Positions 1 to 8,387 of a DNA stretch of 60,930 nucleotides are shown here, piece after piece; the first letter of the stretch is position 1; every line of letters begins with the position of its first letter. The notes under the pieces were generated by a model. That model worked only from the letters and a program-made list of their open reading frames with translations, had not been told where the DNA came from and made no database searches. The stretch covers positions 62,001-122,930 of the forward strand of contig JARGFH010000003.1 of assembly GCA_029210695.1 (NCBI GenBank), in the 5' to 3' direction. A program made the position numbers and the translations under genes. The DNA comes from Acidimicrobiia bacterium. GTDB lineage: Bacteria > Actinomycetota > Acidimicrobiia > Spongiisociales > JAHEDJ01.

Positions 1-257
1 TGTTCGTTTCCGCCTACATGTTCATCTTCAATATCGCCAGGACCTGGTGGTCGAAGAAACTGCTCGCCGGCCCCGGTGAAGAAGTAGAGATCCCGGCGGC
101 GGAATCGGTGCATCCAGCTCAGGAGACGCCGGCGAAGCTCGACTGGTGGACGCCCTGGCTGATCGGCACGGTGGCGCTGATCCTGGTTGCCTACGGTCCA
201 CAGTTGATCGAGCAGATCGGCAACATCGATCTGTCGTCTCCGGGGTTCAGGCCCTAA
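1..257 (+). CDS. cbaA: ba3-type (B-family) cytochrome c oxidase subunit I, C-terminal fragment (5' truncated by window edge)
   Basis: Frame open from the window start (FVSAYMFIFN...). The C-terminus LDWWTPWLIGTVALILVAYGPQL...PGFRP resembles the last helix of ba3 subunit I (LVVLAYGP...PGWRLW). Sco and PCuAC genes lie downstream. Confidence 0.7.
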   Translation, partial: FVSAYMFIFNIARTWWSKKLLAGPGEEVEIPAAESVHPAQETPAKLDWWTPWLIGTVALILVAYGPQLIEQIGNIDLSSPGFRP

Positions 258-265
258 CCGCACCA

Positions 266-353
266 GGAGTTCCGGCGCGACGCGTCCGTTCGGTCCCCCC
301 TTGGGGGGAAGGGACCCGCTGCGCAAGCAGCGGGTAGGGGGGCACCGGACTCC
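266..353. repeat. C/G-run multi-hairpin intergenic element (REP-like or terminator)
   Basis: GGAGTTCCGG...CCGGACTCC closing stem enclosing CCCCCC-TT-GGGGGG and ACCCGCTGC-GCAA-GCAGCGGGT hairpins, right after the cbaA stop. Confidence 0.5.
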
Positions 354-478
354 TAGGTTCTGGGTTTTAGGTTCTGGGTTCTACCTCGTCACGCTCGACG
401 CGGTCGGCTCACCGCCTATGGCTGATTGCCAATTCCGGCGATCAGCGGCATACGGCTCGCCATTACTCTCCCCGACCT

Positions 479-2710
479 ATGAACACCGAGCGTCTCAACG
501 AACTCCAGCCTGCGGTCGACTGGGACGCCCGCCAGGGCGGAGTGGTCAAGCGGTGGCTCAATCGGTTCGAGTCGTGGTCTCTGGCTGTTGAGCGTCTCGT
601 TGGTAGATTCGTTCGTGACCAGAACCTGAATCCGCTTTATCACACCGGCACAATCACGGTCTTCTTGCTGGTGCTGCTCCTCCTGACGGGCATCTATTTG
701 ACGCTGTTCTATCAGTTCGGATTCGACGCCACCTACGTGGCCGTGGCGGGCATTGAGAGCAACCCGGTCGGCCGGATCATCCGTGCCGTTCACCGTTATG
801 CCTCCGCAGCCACGCTGATAACGGCCGTTATCCACGCATGGAGAACGTTCTTCATGGATCGATTCCGGGGAGCCCGCTGGACTGCGTGGGTCACCGGCGT
901 GGCCTCTGTGTCGCTTGTTTGGCTGGCGGGCGTCACAGGCTATTGGATGATTTGGGACGTCACCGCCGGCCCATTGAATCAGTCGTTGATCGACCTGATC
1001 GATTGGGTTCCCGGCGCGGATGCGTTCATCGTCAACACACTCACCCCTGGATTTTCTGGATCTGGCTGGGTGTTTCTCGTGTTGGTCATCACTGCGCATG
1101 TGCTGGTGAGCGCGATCATCGGCGTGATGCTCTGGTATCACCTCCGGCGGCTGAACCGGGCTCACTGGTTGCCACCTGCCCATTGGATGTGGGTATCCGG
1201 CGCTGTATTGCTGTTAGCTGCCATTGCGATGCCGGTCGGGATGCTTCCTGCGATGGACGTCACCGAGCGGGTTGGGACGCTCGACCTCGATCTGTGGTTT
1301 CTCACCTACCTTCCTGCTGCGTTGCGCAGCCCCCTGTTGGTATGGGTTGCCGTTGCCACGGTGACGATCCTTGGAGCTGCGATCCCCTGGTTGCTGCGGC
1401 GCAGGCTGCCGGCCCCGGTGGTGGTGGACGCGCTGCGGTGCACCGGGTGCACGCTCTGTTTCGTCGACTGCCCGTACACGGCGATCACGATGGGCCGGCA
1501 GGAAACCGGTGATCTGCTGGCCATCGTCGATCCACGAAAGTGCGTTTCGTGTGGAATCTGTATCGGGAGTTGTCCACCGCTTGCCATCTCTTTTGACGGC
1601 AAGCCACCCGAGACCGGTTGGCCTTTGGTTCACCCGGAATTCCGGGAGGGAGCGGAAGTCTCCTATGTATGTGAGCGGCATCTGCAGCAGGGGGCCCGCG
1701 ACGTGTCGGGAATCGTGATTCCGGTTACGTGCGTCGGGATGATCCATCCTGATGAGGTAGAGGCAGTGCTGTTTGCGGGAGCCAGTCGGGTGCGCCTGAT
1801 TGGATGTCCGCCGGACGACTGCTCCAACCGGGAGGGAAATGAGTGGGCCCAGGCCCGATTGACCGGGCAGCGGCGCCCGAAAGCCCATGAGGGACTCGAT
1901 CTCGATCGGGTCGAATTCGACTGGAGAGCGCCGGGGAATTCCCCGACGGTCAATGCTCCGGTGAGGTTCCGGGAGGTGGTTCCACCGCCACATTGGAAGC
2001 GGCTTCTACCCGTTTCGATGATGATCGGATTGTTGGTCGTCGGACAACTTATGCTGACATTCGTTCGGGTGGATGCGTTCGGTGACGACTCGGCGGTCGT
2101 AGAAGTCTCGATGAAACACCGCGTCGGAGCGGCGATCGAAGGAAGTCCGGCCCCTGCGGGAGCGTTCGGAGGAAGCGGCACTCGACTGGAAGTACTCATC
2201 GATGGAGCGGTCGCATTGGATCGTTCGTACGGTGGATCGGCCGTGACGGTCTTCGAGCAGGTTGAAGTGACCCCCGGATGGCACGAAGTGCTTGTTGTGG
2301 TCGACGACGGCGGTCTACGACAGATGCTCGTGTTCGAAGAGTCACGAATCATCGAAGAGCGGGAGATCATCTCGATCACCGTCTCCGACGCGTTGGGTGA
2401 TGCCGATCCGGAGCGAGGCGAGGACCTCTTCAGGGCCGCCGCCATCCGTGGAGGCGCCGGGTGCAGGGTCTGCCATTCAGTCCGGGAGGGCGACGACGGG
2501 GTTGGGCCTTCTCTGGCCGGCGTCGGTGCCCGCGCCGGAGATCGTGTTCCGGGTGTTCCCGCTGAGGAGTATCTTCGGCAGTCGATCCTGCAACCTGATC
2601 AGTACATAGTTGAAGGGTTTCCATCCGGGCAGATGCGCGCTGATGCCGGTGAGGATTTGACCGATATTGAACTGGCTGATCTGGTTGCGTATCTTCTTAC
2701 TCTGAGGTGA
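479..2710 (+). CDS. Cytochrome b(N) / 2x[4Fe-4S] ferredoxin / MvhD(FlpD)-like / cytochrome c fusion membrane protein
   Basis: Four heme-b His (RAVHRYAS...VIHAWR; ITAHVL...WYHLRR) and GVTGYW; CTGCTLCFVDCP and CVSCGICIGSCP; MvhD-type CERH...TCVG...GCPPDDC..REGN; a TM helix; C-terminal CRVCH with distal Met (GQM). Confidence 0.85.
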   Translation: MNTERLNELQPAVDWDARQGGVVKRWLNRFESWSLAVERLVGRFVRDQNLNPLYHTGTITVFLLVLLLLTGIYLTLFYQFGFDATYVAVAGIESNPVGRIIRAVHRYASAATLITAVIHAWRTFFMDRFRGARWTAWVTGVASVSLVWLAGVTGYWMIWDVTAGPLNQSLIDLIDWVPGADAFIVNTLTPGFSGSGWVFLVLVITAHVLVSAIIGVMLWYHLRRLNRAHWLPPAHWMWVSGAVLLLAAIAMPVGMLPAMDVTERVGTLDLDLWFLTYLPAALRSPLLVWVAVATVTILGAAIPWLLRRRLPAPVVVDALRCTGCTLCFVDCPYTAITMGRQETGDLLAIVDPRKCVSCGICIGSCPPLAISFDGKPPETGWPLVHPEFREGAEVSYVCERHLQQGARDVSGIVIPVTCVGMIHPDEVEAVLFAGASRVRLIGCPPDDCSNREGNEWAQARLTGQRRPKAHEGLDLDRVEFDWRAPGNSPTVNAPVRFREVVPPPHWKRLLPVSMMIGLLVVGQLMLTFVRVDAFGDDSAVVEVSMKHRVGAAIEGSPAPAGAFGGSGTRLEVLIDGAVALDRSYGGSAVTVFEQVEVTPGWHEVLVVVDDGGLRQMLVFEESRIIEEREIISITVSDALGDADPERGEDLFRAAAIRGGAGCRVCHSVREGDDGVGPSLAGVGARAGDRVPGVPAEEYLRQSILQPDQYIVEGFPSGQMRADAGEDLTDIELADLVAYLLTLR

Positions 2711-2714
2711 TTGC

Positions 2715-3077
2715 ATGAAACGCATTGGATTGATGGTTGGCCTGGTAATTCTGATTGCGGCGTGCGGGTCCGCCGACGAACCCGAGCTGCTTGGTGAAGA
2801 GCTCTTCACTTCGATCGTCGTCGGCGGTAAGGCCGGATGCTCGGCGTGTCACTCGACCGCACCGAGTGCGGACGGCGTCGGCCCGTCTCTGGCCGGGATC
2901 GGCTCTGTTGCCGGTACGCGGGTGGCCGGTATGGCGGCCGGGGACTACCTGCGGGAGTCGATCACTGATCCGGATTCTCATCTGGTCGGCGGCTACGCCA
3001 GCGGTGTGATGCCAAAGGGCTGGGACCTGAGCGATGCTCAGATCGACTCCCTGGTTGAGTATCTGCTCGGTCTCTAG
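2715..3077 (+). CDS. Monoheme cytochrome c lipoprotein
   Basis: Lipobox IAAC, CSACH heme motif, VGPSL, distal Met (GVMP); SD GAGGT upstream. Confidence 0.85.
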   Translation: MKRIGLMVGLVILIAACGSADEPELLGEELFTSIVVGGKAGCSACHSTAPSADGVGPSLAGIGSVAGTRVAGMAAGDYLRESITDPDSHLVGGYASGVMPKGWDLSDAQIDSLVEYLLGL

Positions 3078-3098
3078 GTTTGCGTCACAGACGATCGA

Positions 3099-3569
3099 TC
3101 AGCGACCGGCCACCAGGAACTCGCGACCAGGGACTCGCGACTCGCGACCGGCGGGATAGGCAGTTTCACGCCACTCACCGTCATCTCCGTCGACGTGTTT
3201 TGATCCGTAGAGTTCTCCGTCGACGGTTACGGTGAACGTCGCCGTTCCGGAAACCTCCTGGGCTGCCTGGTCGGAGGTGCGCCATTCGACCTCGAGGAGG
3301 TTGCCGTCCAGTCGTCCGGTACCCAGCTGAAACGCCTCGGTGACGATCCACTGCAGATCGTAGATGCCGATCCGTTCAGTATCCGAAACCTCGAGGTGCC
3401 CGGTGTATTCGTTGCCGAGTGGGTCGATGCCGTTGAGAACATAGGTTCCCGAGAGGTTCCCGATACTGCTCGGCAGGGCGTCCTCGCCATGCATCAAAGG
3501 GTCGCTCTGGCTGCAGGCGCCGAGGATTGCGAGGCAGAAGATGATGAGCGCCGGCCGGTGTTTCCACAT
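3099..3569 (-). CDS. Hypothetical lipoprotein (beta-rich)
   Basis: Start at MWKHRPALIIFCLAILGAC (signal peptide plus lipobox). The C-terminal GRESRVPGREF is encoded by a heptamer repeat. Confidence 0.65.
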   Translation of the reverse strand: MWKHRPALIIFCLAILGACSQSDPLMHGEDALPSSIGNLSGTYVLNGIDPLGNEYTGHLEVSDTERIGIYDLQWIVTEAFQLGTGRLDGNLLEVEWRTSDQAAQEVSGTATFTVTVDGELYGSKHVDGDDGEWRETAYPAGRESRVPGREFLVAGR

Positions 3570-3705
3570 ACGGTAAGAAGGATTGTCGAGGCGCATTGAG
3601 AGTGCGAATCGGTTCTGGTGCTGATCCGGCGAGGGTCGGATCCGTGGGCCTCGCGAGGGTTTACCATTTGTGCTGGTCGCATCCCACCGCGACGTAGGAG
3701 CCTTC

Positions 3706-4431
3706 ATGGTCGACATGACGACGGTCACGCCTCAACCGATCCAGGAACCCCGGCTAACCCAGCGAGGGAGACGTTGGTTCATCGGTATTGCCGTGCTTGC
3801 CGCGTTGGTGGTGGGCTCGGTGTTCGCCTTCGTCACCTTTCAGCCGATCCAGGTCCTCCCCAGAGTGCGTCTGGCTCCCGGCTTCAGCCTCGTCGATTCA
3901 CAGGGTCGGGCCATGACGAGTGAGGATATGCGGGGCCAGTTCGTTCTCTACACGTTCAGTTACTCGTCGTGTGTGACCTGTGACTCCACCGACCAGACGA
4001 TGAAAGAGGTTCAAGAAGGTCTGGCATCCGCCGACCTGCGTGGCTTCGATGTTGCTCTCGTCACCATCTCGGTGGACCCGCTGGACACTCCGGAAAGCAT
4101 GGCCTCGTACGCGGAGTCGGTCGGTGCAGACCCTGAGGTGTGGGCGTTTGCCACTGTCGAGGACCCTCGGTTCCTGGCCGATGTCGTTGCCGGAGGGTTC
4201 AGCACCTATTTCAGCCTCAACGACGACGGGACTATCACTCTTGATCGGCGTTTCGTGCTCGTCGACGGTGCCGGGATCATTCGCAACGAGTACAAGTACG
4301 AGACGCAGACCTCCGACACCGATCGCATTCTCCGCCACCTAGGCGTGCTGGCGGAAGAGGAGGCCAACAGCAACGGTCCGGCCGGCTTGGCCTACGAAGC
4401 AGCCCATCTGTTCCTTTGCTACGCACCATGA
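3706..4431 (+). CDS. SCO/SenC-family protein, atypical CXXC variant
   Basis: N-terminal TM; APGFSLVDSQG, ISVDP.DTPE and FVLVD.AG motifs; CVTC instead of CXXXC; SD AGGAG before ATG 3706. Confidence 0.8.
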   Translation: MVDMTTVTPQPIQEPRLTQRGRRWFIGIAVLAALVVGSVFAFVTFQPIQVLPRVRLAPGFSLVDSQGRAMTSEDMRGQFVLYTFSYSSCVTCDSTDQTMKEVQEGLASADLRGFDVALVTISVDPLDTPESMASYAESVGADPEVWAFATVEDPRFLADVVAGGFSTYFSLNDDGTITLDRRFVLVDGAGIIRNEYKYETQTSDTDRILRHLGVLAEEEANSNGPAGLAYEAAHLFLCYAP

Positions 4432-5069
4432 CCGACACATTTGCACCCGAAGCTGAACAGCCGCCGTCGCGGCGCTGGCTTGGTTTGTTCCTTCTGCTGG
4501 TCCCTTTGCTGATCGCCGGTCTGGTCTTCTGGTGGGGTTTCAACCGTTCTCAACCACATCAATTCAGCGGGTCCGTGATTCAGGGATTGTCCGCCGCGCC
4601 GGACTTCACGCTTTCCTCGGATCGCGGTCCGGTGTCTCTCAGTGACTACGCGGGAAAAGTCGTCATGATCTACTTCGGCTACACGTTCTGTCCCGATGTC
4701 TGTCCGACAACATTGGCGGATGCTGCCGCCGCCGTCGACAGCCTCAGCGAGGATGATGCGGAAGATGTCCAGCTCATCTTCGTGACGATCGACCCGGCCA
4801 GGGATACGGCCGATCGGATCGGGGAGTACGTTCGCCACTTCGACGATCGATTCGTTGGCTTGACCGGCACCGAAGAAGAAATCGGATCGGTGGCCACCCT
4901 CTATGGAATCTATTACCGGGCAGGAGAAGGCTCAGAAGCCACAGGCTATCTGATGGAGCACACGGCGACGCTCCTGGTCATCGATCAGGCCGGTAATCTC
5001 AAAATCGTTATCCCATTTGGCGTCGAGGCGGACGCAATCGCGTCGGATCTCGAATACATGCTGCGATAA
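4428..5069 (+). CDS. SCO1/SenC copper chaperone
   Basis: FGYTFCPDVCP, TIDPARD and conserved His (MEHTA); ATGA overlap with the upstream gene. Confidence 0.9.
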   Translation: MTDTFAPEAEQPPSRRWLGLFLLLVPLLIAGLVFWWGFNRSQPHQFSGSVIQGLSAAPDFTLSSDRGPVSLSDYAGKVVMIYFGYTFCPDVCPTTLADAAAAVDSLSEDDAEDVQLIFVTIDPARDTADRIGEYVRHFDDRFVGLTGTEEEIGSVATLYGIYYRAGEGSEATGYLMEHTATLLVIDQAGNLKIVIPFGVEADAIASDLEYMLR

Positions 5070-5080
5070 GGAGATCAAGG

Positions 5081-5515
5081 ATGAGAAGCACATGGGTCTG
5101 GTCGATGGCTGTGCTTGCTTTGCTCGCCGCCGCTTGCGGTAGCGGAGCCGACATTGAGGTTGCCGATGTCTGGGGGAGACCGTCACCCTCCGTCGCCACA
5201 AACGGTGCGTTCTACATGGTGATCACCAACAACACCGAGGTCGCCGACCACCTGGTGGCCGCCTCGTCTCCGGCGTGTGCAGCGGCGGAACTGCACGAGT
5301 CGATGATGAACGACGGTGTGATGGGCATGGCTCAGGTCGGCCCGGCGGGGATCGAGATCCCCGCCAACGGCCAGACGACACTCGAGGTCGGTGGCCTTCA
5401 CGTCATGTGCATCGACAAGCAAGCGGAATTTGTTGCTGGAGAGAGATTCGACGTGACCCTCGAGTTCGAGAACGCCGGCACGGTCGAAGTCCAAGCTGAG
5501 ATAAAGGAAAGCTGA
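5081..5515 (+). CDS. PCu(A)C periplasmic copper chaperone lipoprotein
   Basis: Lipobox AAAC; ELHES...MGM...GGLHVM copper-binding pattern; SD AAGGAG. Confidence 0.9.
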   Translation: MRSTWVWSMAVLALLAAACGSGADIEVADVWGRPSPSVATNGAFYMVITNNTEVADHLVAASSPACAAAELHESMMNDGVMGMAQVGPAGIEIPANGQTTLEVGGLHVMCIDKQAEFVAGERFDVTLEFENAGTVEVQAEIKES

Positions 5516-5525
5516 CGTTCTAACA

Positions 5526-5575
5526 TTCTGGCGTCGAGAAGCGCGCAGCTTTGTCGGGTGTCTGACGCCAGAACG
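5526..5575 (+). repeat. Solo copy of the 48-bp palindromic repeat (family A)
   Basis: TTCTGGCGTC-GAGAAGCGCGCA...CTGACGCCAGAACG; about 39/48 identical to the copy at 27246. Confidence 0.85.
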
Positions 5576-5590
5576 AGGAGAAAGGCAGGG

Positions 5591-5989
5591 ATGTTGGTAA
5601 AACCCGAAGTTCTGTTCGTCTGCGTTCACAACGCCGGGCGTAGCCAGATGGCGGCCGCTTTCCTACGTCACTACGGAGGCGATCGGGTAGTTGTCCGCTC
5701 GGCCGGATCGATGCCGGCATCGGAAGTGAATGATGTGGCGGTCACCGCGATGGGTGAACTCGGGATCGACCTTATCGGTGCCGTCCCCCGGAAGCTGAGC
5801 AATGCGGCGGTCGAGGCCTCGGACGTGGTCATCACGATGGGCTGCGGAGACGCCTGCCCGATCTACCCGGGCAAGCGCTATCTCGACTGGGAACTCGAGG
5901 ACCCTGCCGGGAAATCGGTTGAGGAGATCCGTCCAATTCGGGATGAGATCAGTCGCCGGGTGAAGCTGTTGCTGGACGAGCTGCTGTAG
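5591..5989 (+). CDS. arsC: Arsenate reductase (LMW-PTPase fold)
   Basis: LFVCVHNAGRSQMAA P-loop, ITMGCGDACP, WELEDPAG. Confidence 0.9.
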   Translation: MLVKPEVLFVCVHNAGRSQMAAAFLRHYGGDRVVVRSAGSMPASEVNDVAVTAMGELGIDLIGAVPRKLSNAAVEASDVVITMGCGDACPIYPGKRYLDWELEDPAGKSVEEIRPIRDEISRRVKLLLDELL

Positions 5990-6120
5990 GCGTTGGTGGG
6001 AACCCCGTCGCGCTCTCTCCTCACCGAGGGGGAGTCCCCGTTCTTGCCCCTCCGCCGTGCAGCATCAGCTGCACGCCACCTCCCCCGTCTGCGCCGAGGG
6101 AGGAACGCGGTTCTTGACGG

Positions 6121-6172
6121 GAGTTTCGCTGGGCGAAACTCCAATTTCTTTGGCGCAAAGCGCCGAAGAAAC
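6121..6172. repeat. Double-hairpin element (family C), copy upstream of pstS
   Basis: GAGTTTCGC-TGG-GCGAAACTC-CAA-TTTCTTTGGCGC-AAA-GCGCCGAAGAAA-C; same architecture as 13760-13811. Confidence 0.7.
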
Positions 6173-6194
6173 GTTCACCGGACGTTCACTTCCA
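6173..6194 (+). promoter_or_regulatory. PHO box (PhoP/RegX3-type 11-nt direct repeat)
   Basis: GTTCACCGGAC-GTTCACTTCCA matches the actinobacterial GTTCAY 11-nt repeat unit and lies about 110 nt upstream of pstS. Confidence 0.75.
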
Positions 6195-6305
6195 CGCCAC
6201 ACCCCGGTTAATAGCGTTCTCTAACGTTCTCGCCGGAGCTACGACGGCTCCCAGGGAGGAGAGATTCTCGATCCACCCCGCACCAAGCCAACCGTGGAGG
6301 TTTCG

Positions 6306-7352
6306 ATGTTCAAGAAGCTCAGTACCCTGGTCGCGTTGATCGCGACATTGGCAGTTGTTGCGGCAGCGTGTGGTGACTCGACGGCGGATACCACCGCAAC
6401 CCCTACCGACCAGCCCACCACTACCACGCTCGGGGGGACGGCGACTTCATCGGGTGATGGCATTCTGCCGATGGTTGATCCGTTGGACGTGACGGGTGAC
6501 ATCGCGGCGGCCGGCTCGTCGACGGTGTTCCCGCTGGTCGAGGCCATGGCCGCCCGGTTCGAGAACGAAGGGTATTCGGGTCAGATCACGATCGACAGTA
6601 TCGGTTCGGGCGCCGGCTTCGAGCGGTTCTGTGTTGAGGGCGAATCGGACATTTCGAATGCGTCCCGCCCCATCAAGGATGAAGAGGTTGCCGCGTGTCG
6701 GGCGATCGATCGGGATCCGATCGAGATTCGGCTTGGGACGGACGCGTTGGCGGTGACGGTATCGCCGGGCAACACGTTTGCAACCGACATCACACTCGAG
6801 GAGCTGGCGGTGCTGTTCTCGACGGCGGTGACCTGGCAGGACGTGCGGGCGGATTGGCCGGCCAATCCGGTTGCCAGGTTCATTCCCGGTACCGACTCGG
6901 GGACGTTCGACTACTTCGTTGAGGAGGTCTTCGACGAGGAGCCGGGTCCGATCCTGGCTGCTGCCGACACGCAGAAGTCCGAAGATGACAATGTGTTGGT
7001 GCAGGGCATCACCGCGGACGGTTGTGATGCTGCCGATGTATCGACCACCTGCGCGGTCGGGTTCTTCGGATACGCCTACTACGCAGAGAACCGGGGTGTG
7101 CTGAACGTGCTGGCAGTCGAGGGCGTTGAGGCAACAGCAGAGGCGGTCGATGCAGGTGAGTATCCCCTGGCGCGCCCGCTGTTCATGTACACGACCGCTT
7201 CGATCATCGCGGAAAAACCCCAGGTTGGAGCGTTCCTCAATTTCGTGCTGACCTACGTGGATGAGGAGATCGGCGAGGTCGGTTACTTCCCCGCCCCGGC
7301 AGAAGATCTCGATGCTGCCAGGTCTGCCCTAGCTGGGGCACTCGGAGAGTAG
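6306..7352 (+). CDS. pstS: Phosphate ABC transporter substrate-binding lipoprotein
   Basis: Lipobox AAAC; AGSSTVFP, GSGAG, ASRPIK, DSGTFDYF, YPLARPLF; SD GGAGG. Confidence 0.95.
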   Translation: MFKKLSTLVALIATLAVVAAACGDSTADTTATPTDQPTTTTLGGTATSSGDGILPMVDPLDVTGDIAAAGSSTVFPLVEAMAARFENEGYSGQITIDSIGSGAGFERFCVEGESDISNASRPIKDEEVAACRAIDRDPIEIRLGTDALAVTVSPGNTFATDITLEELAVLFSTAVTWQDVRADWPANPVARFIPGTDSGTFDYFVEEVFDEEPGPILAAADTQKSEDDNVLVQGITADGCDAADVSTTCAVGFFGYAYYAENRGVLNVLAVEGVEATAEAVDAGEYPLARPLFMYTTASIIAEKPQVGAFLNFVLTYVDEEIGEVGYFPAPAEDLDAARSALAGALGE

Positions 7353-7370
7353 AAAGAGAACCCACGATGG

Positions 7371-8387
7371 GTGAGTGTTCCTCCAGACCTCACCCATCGG
7401 GTTATCCGAGCAAGGGAGACGGGCACGACCAGCACTAACGAAACTGACGGGACTATCGACCTGACCAGGCGGTCGCGCCCGATCGAGGCCGCCATACAGG
7501 GGTCCTTGTTTCTCGCCGGCATGATTTCGATCCTGACCACGATCGGGATCGTCGTTGTCCTGGGCCGCGAAGCCCTGCTGTTCTTTCAGACGAAAGAAGT
7601 GACGCTCGGTGAGTTCTTCAGTTCGACGACCTGGGAGCCACAGATTCTCGAGTTCGGGATCTGGCCGCTTGTTCGGTCAACGCTCATGGTCAGCCTCATC
7701 GCGATTCTGGTGGCGGTACCGCTTGGCCTGGCTGCGGCCATCTACCTAAGCGAATACGCCTCGGATCGTGCCCGCGGCCTGCTGAAGCCCGTACTTGAGG
7801 TGCTGGCCGGCATCCCGACCGTCGTCTACGGCTATTTTGCTCTCACGTTCGTGACTCCCATTCTGCGATCGCTCCTCGGCGTTTCGCTGGTCGAAATCTT
7901 CAATGTGGCGTCTGCCGGGATCGTGGTGGGAATTCTGATCATTCCACTCGTCAGCTCGATGAGCGAGGACGCTCTCCACGCAGTGCCCCTCTCCTTGCGC
8001 GAGGCAGCCCATGGTCTCGGTGCCACCAAACTCGAGGTGTCCCTGCGGGTGGTGCTTCCCGCCGCCCTCTCCGGCATCACAGCCGCAGTTGTGGTCTCGG
8101 TGTCGAGGGCAATCGGCGAAACGATGGTGGTAGCGATAGCGGCAGGTGCCGCGCCGCGCAATTGGAATCTCGGCAAGGACGGTCTGTTCAGCACGGTGCT
8201 CAATCCGTTCATCTCAGGCGAGACGATGACCGGACACATCGTCCGGATCTCGGGAGGCGACCTCAGCTACAACTCCATCGACTACAACAGCGTGTTCGCC
8301 ATCGGCCTCATGCTGTTCCTGATGACGCTGTCTCTGAACATGCTGAGCCGCCGGTTCGTGGCCAGATTCCGCGAGGTCTACGAATGA
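7371..8387 (+). CDS. pstC: Phosphate ABC transporter permease PstC (start uncertain)
   Basis: AAIYLSEYA, LAGIPTVVYG, EDALHAVP..LREAA..LGAT, SRAIGETM. Confidence 0.95.
   Translation: MSVPPDLTHRVIRARETGTTSTNETDGTIDLTRRSRPIEAAIQGSLFLAGMISILTTIGIVVVLGREALLFFQTKEVTLGEFFSSTTWEPQILEFGIWPLVRSTLMVSLIAILVAVPLGLAAAIYLSEYASDRARGLLKPVLEVLAGIPTVVYGYFALTFVTPILRSLLGVSLVEIFNVASAGIVVGILIIPLVSSMSEDALHAVPLSLREAAHGLGATKLEVSLRVVLPAALSGITAAVVVSVSRAIGETMVVAIAAGAAPRNWNLGKDGLFSTVLNPFISGETMTGHIVRISGGDLSYNSIDYNSVFAIGLMLFLMTLSLNMLSRRFVARFREVYE

Noticed and set aside
479..2710. Calling the fusion a hydrogenase or Hdr subunit, or a standard QcrB
   Set aside because: No NiFe or Hdr genes nearby and no Rieske partner seen; the domain content differs from QcrB.
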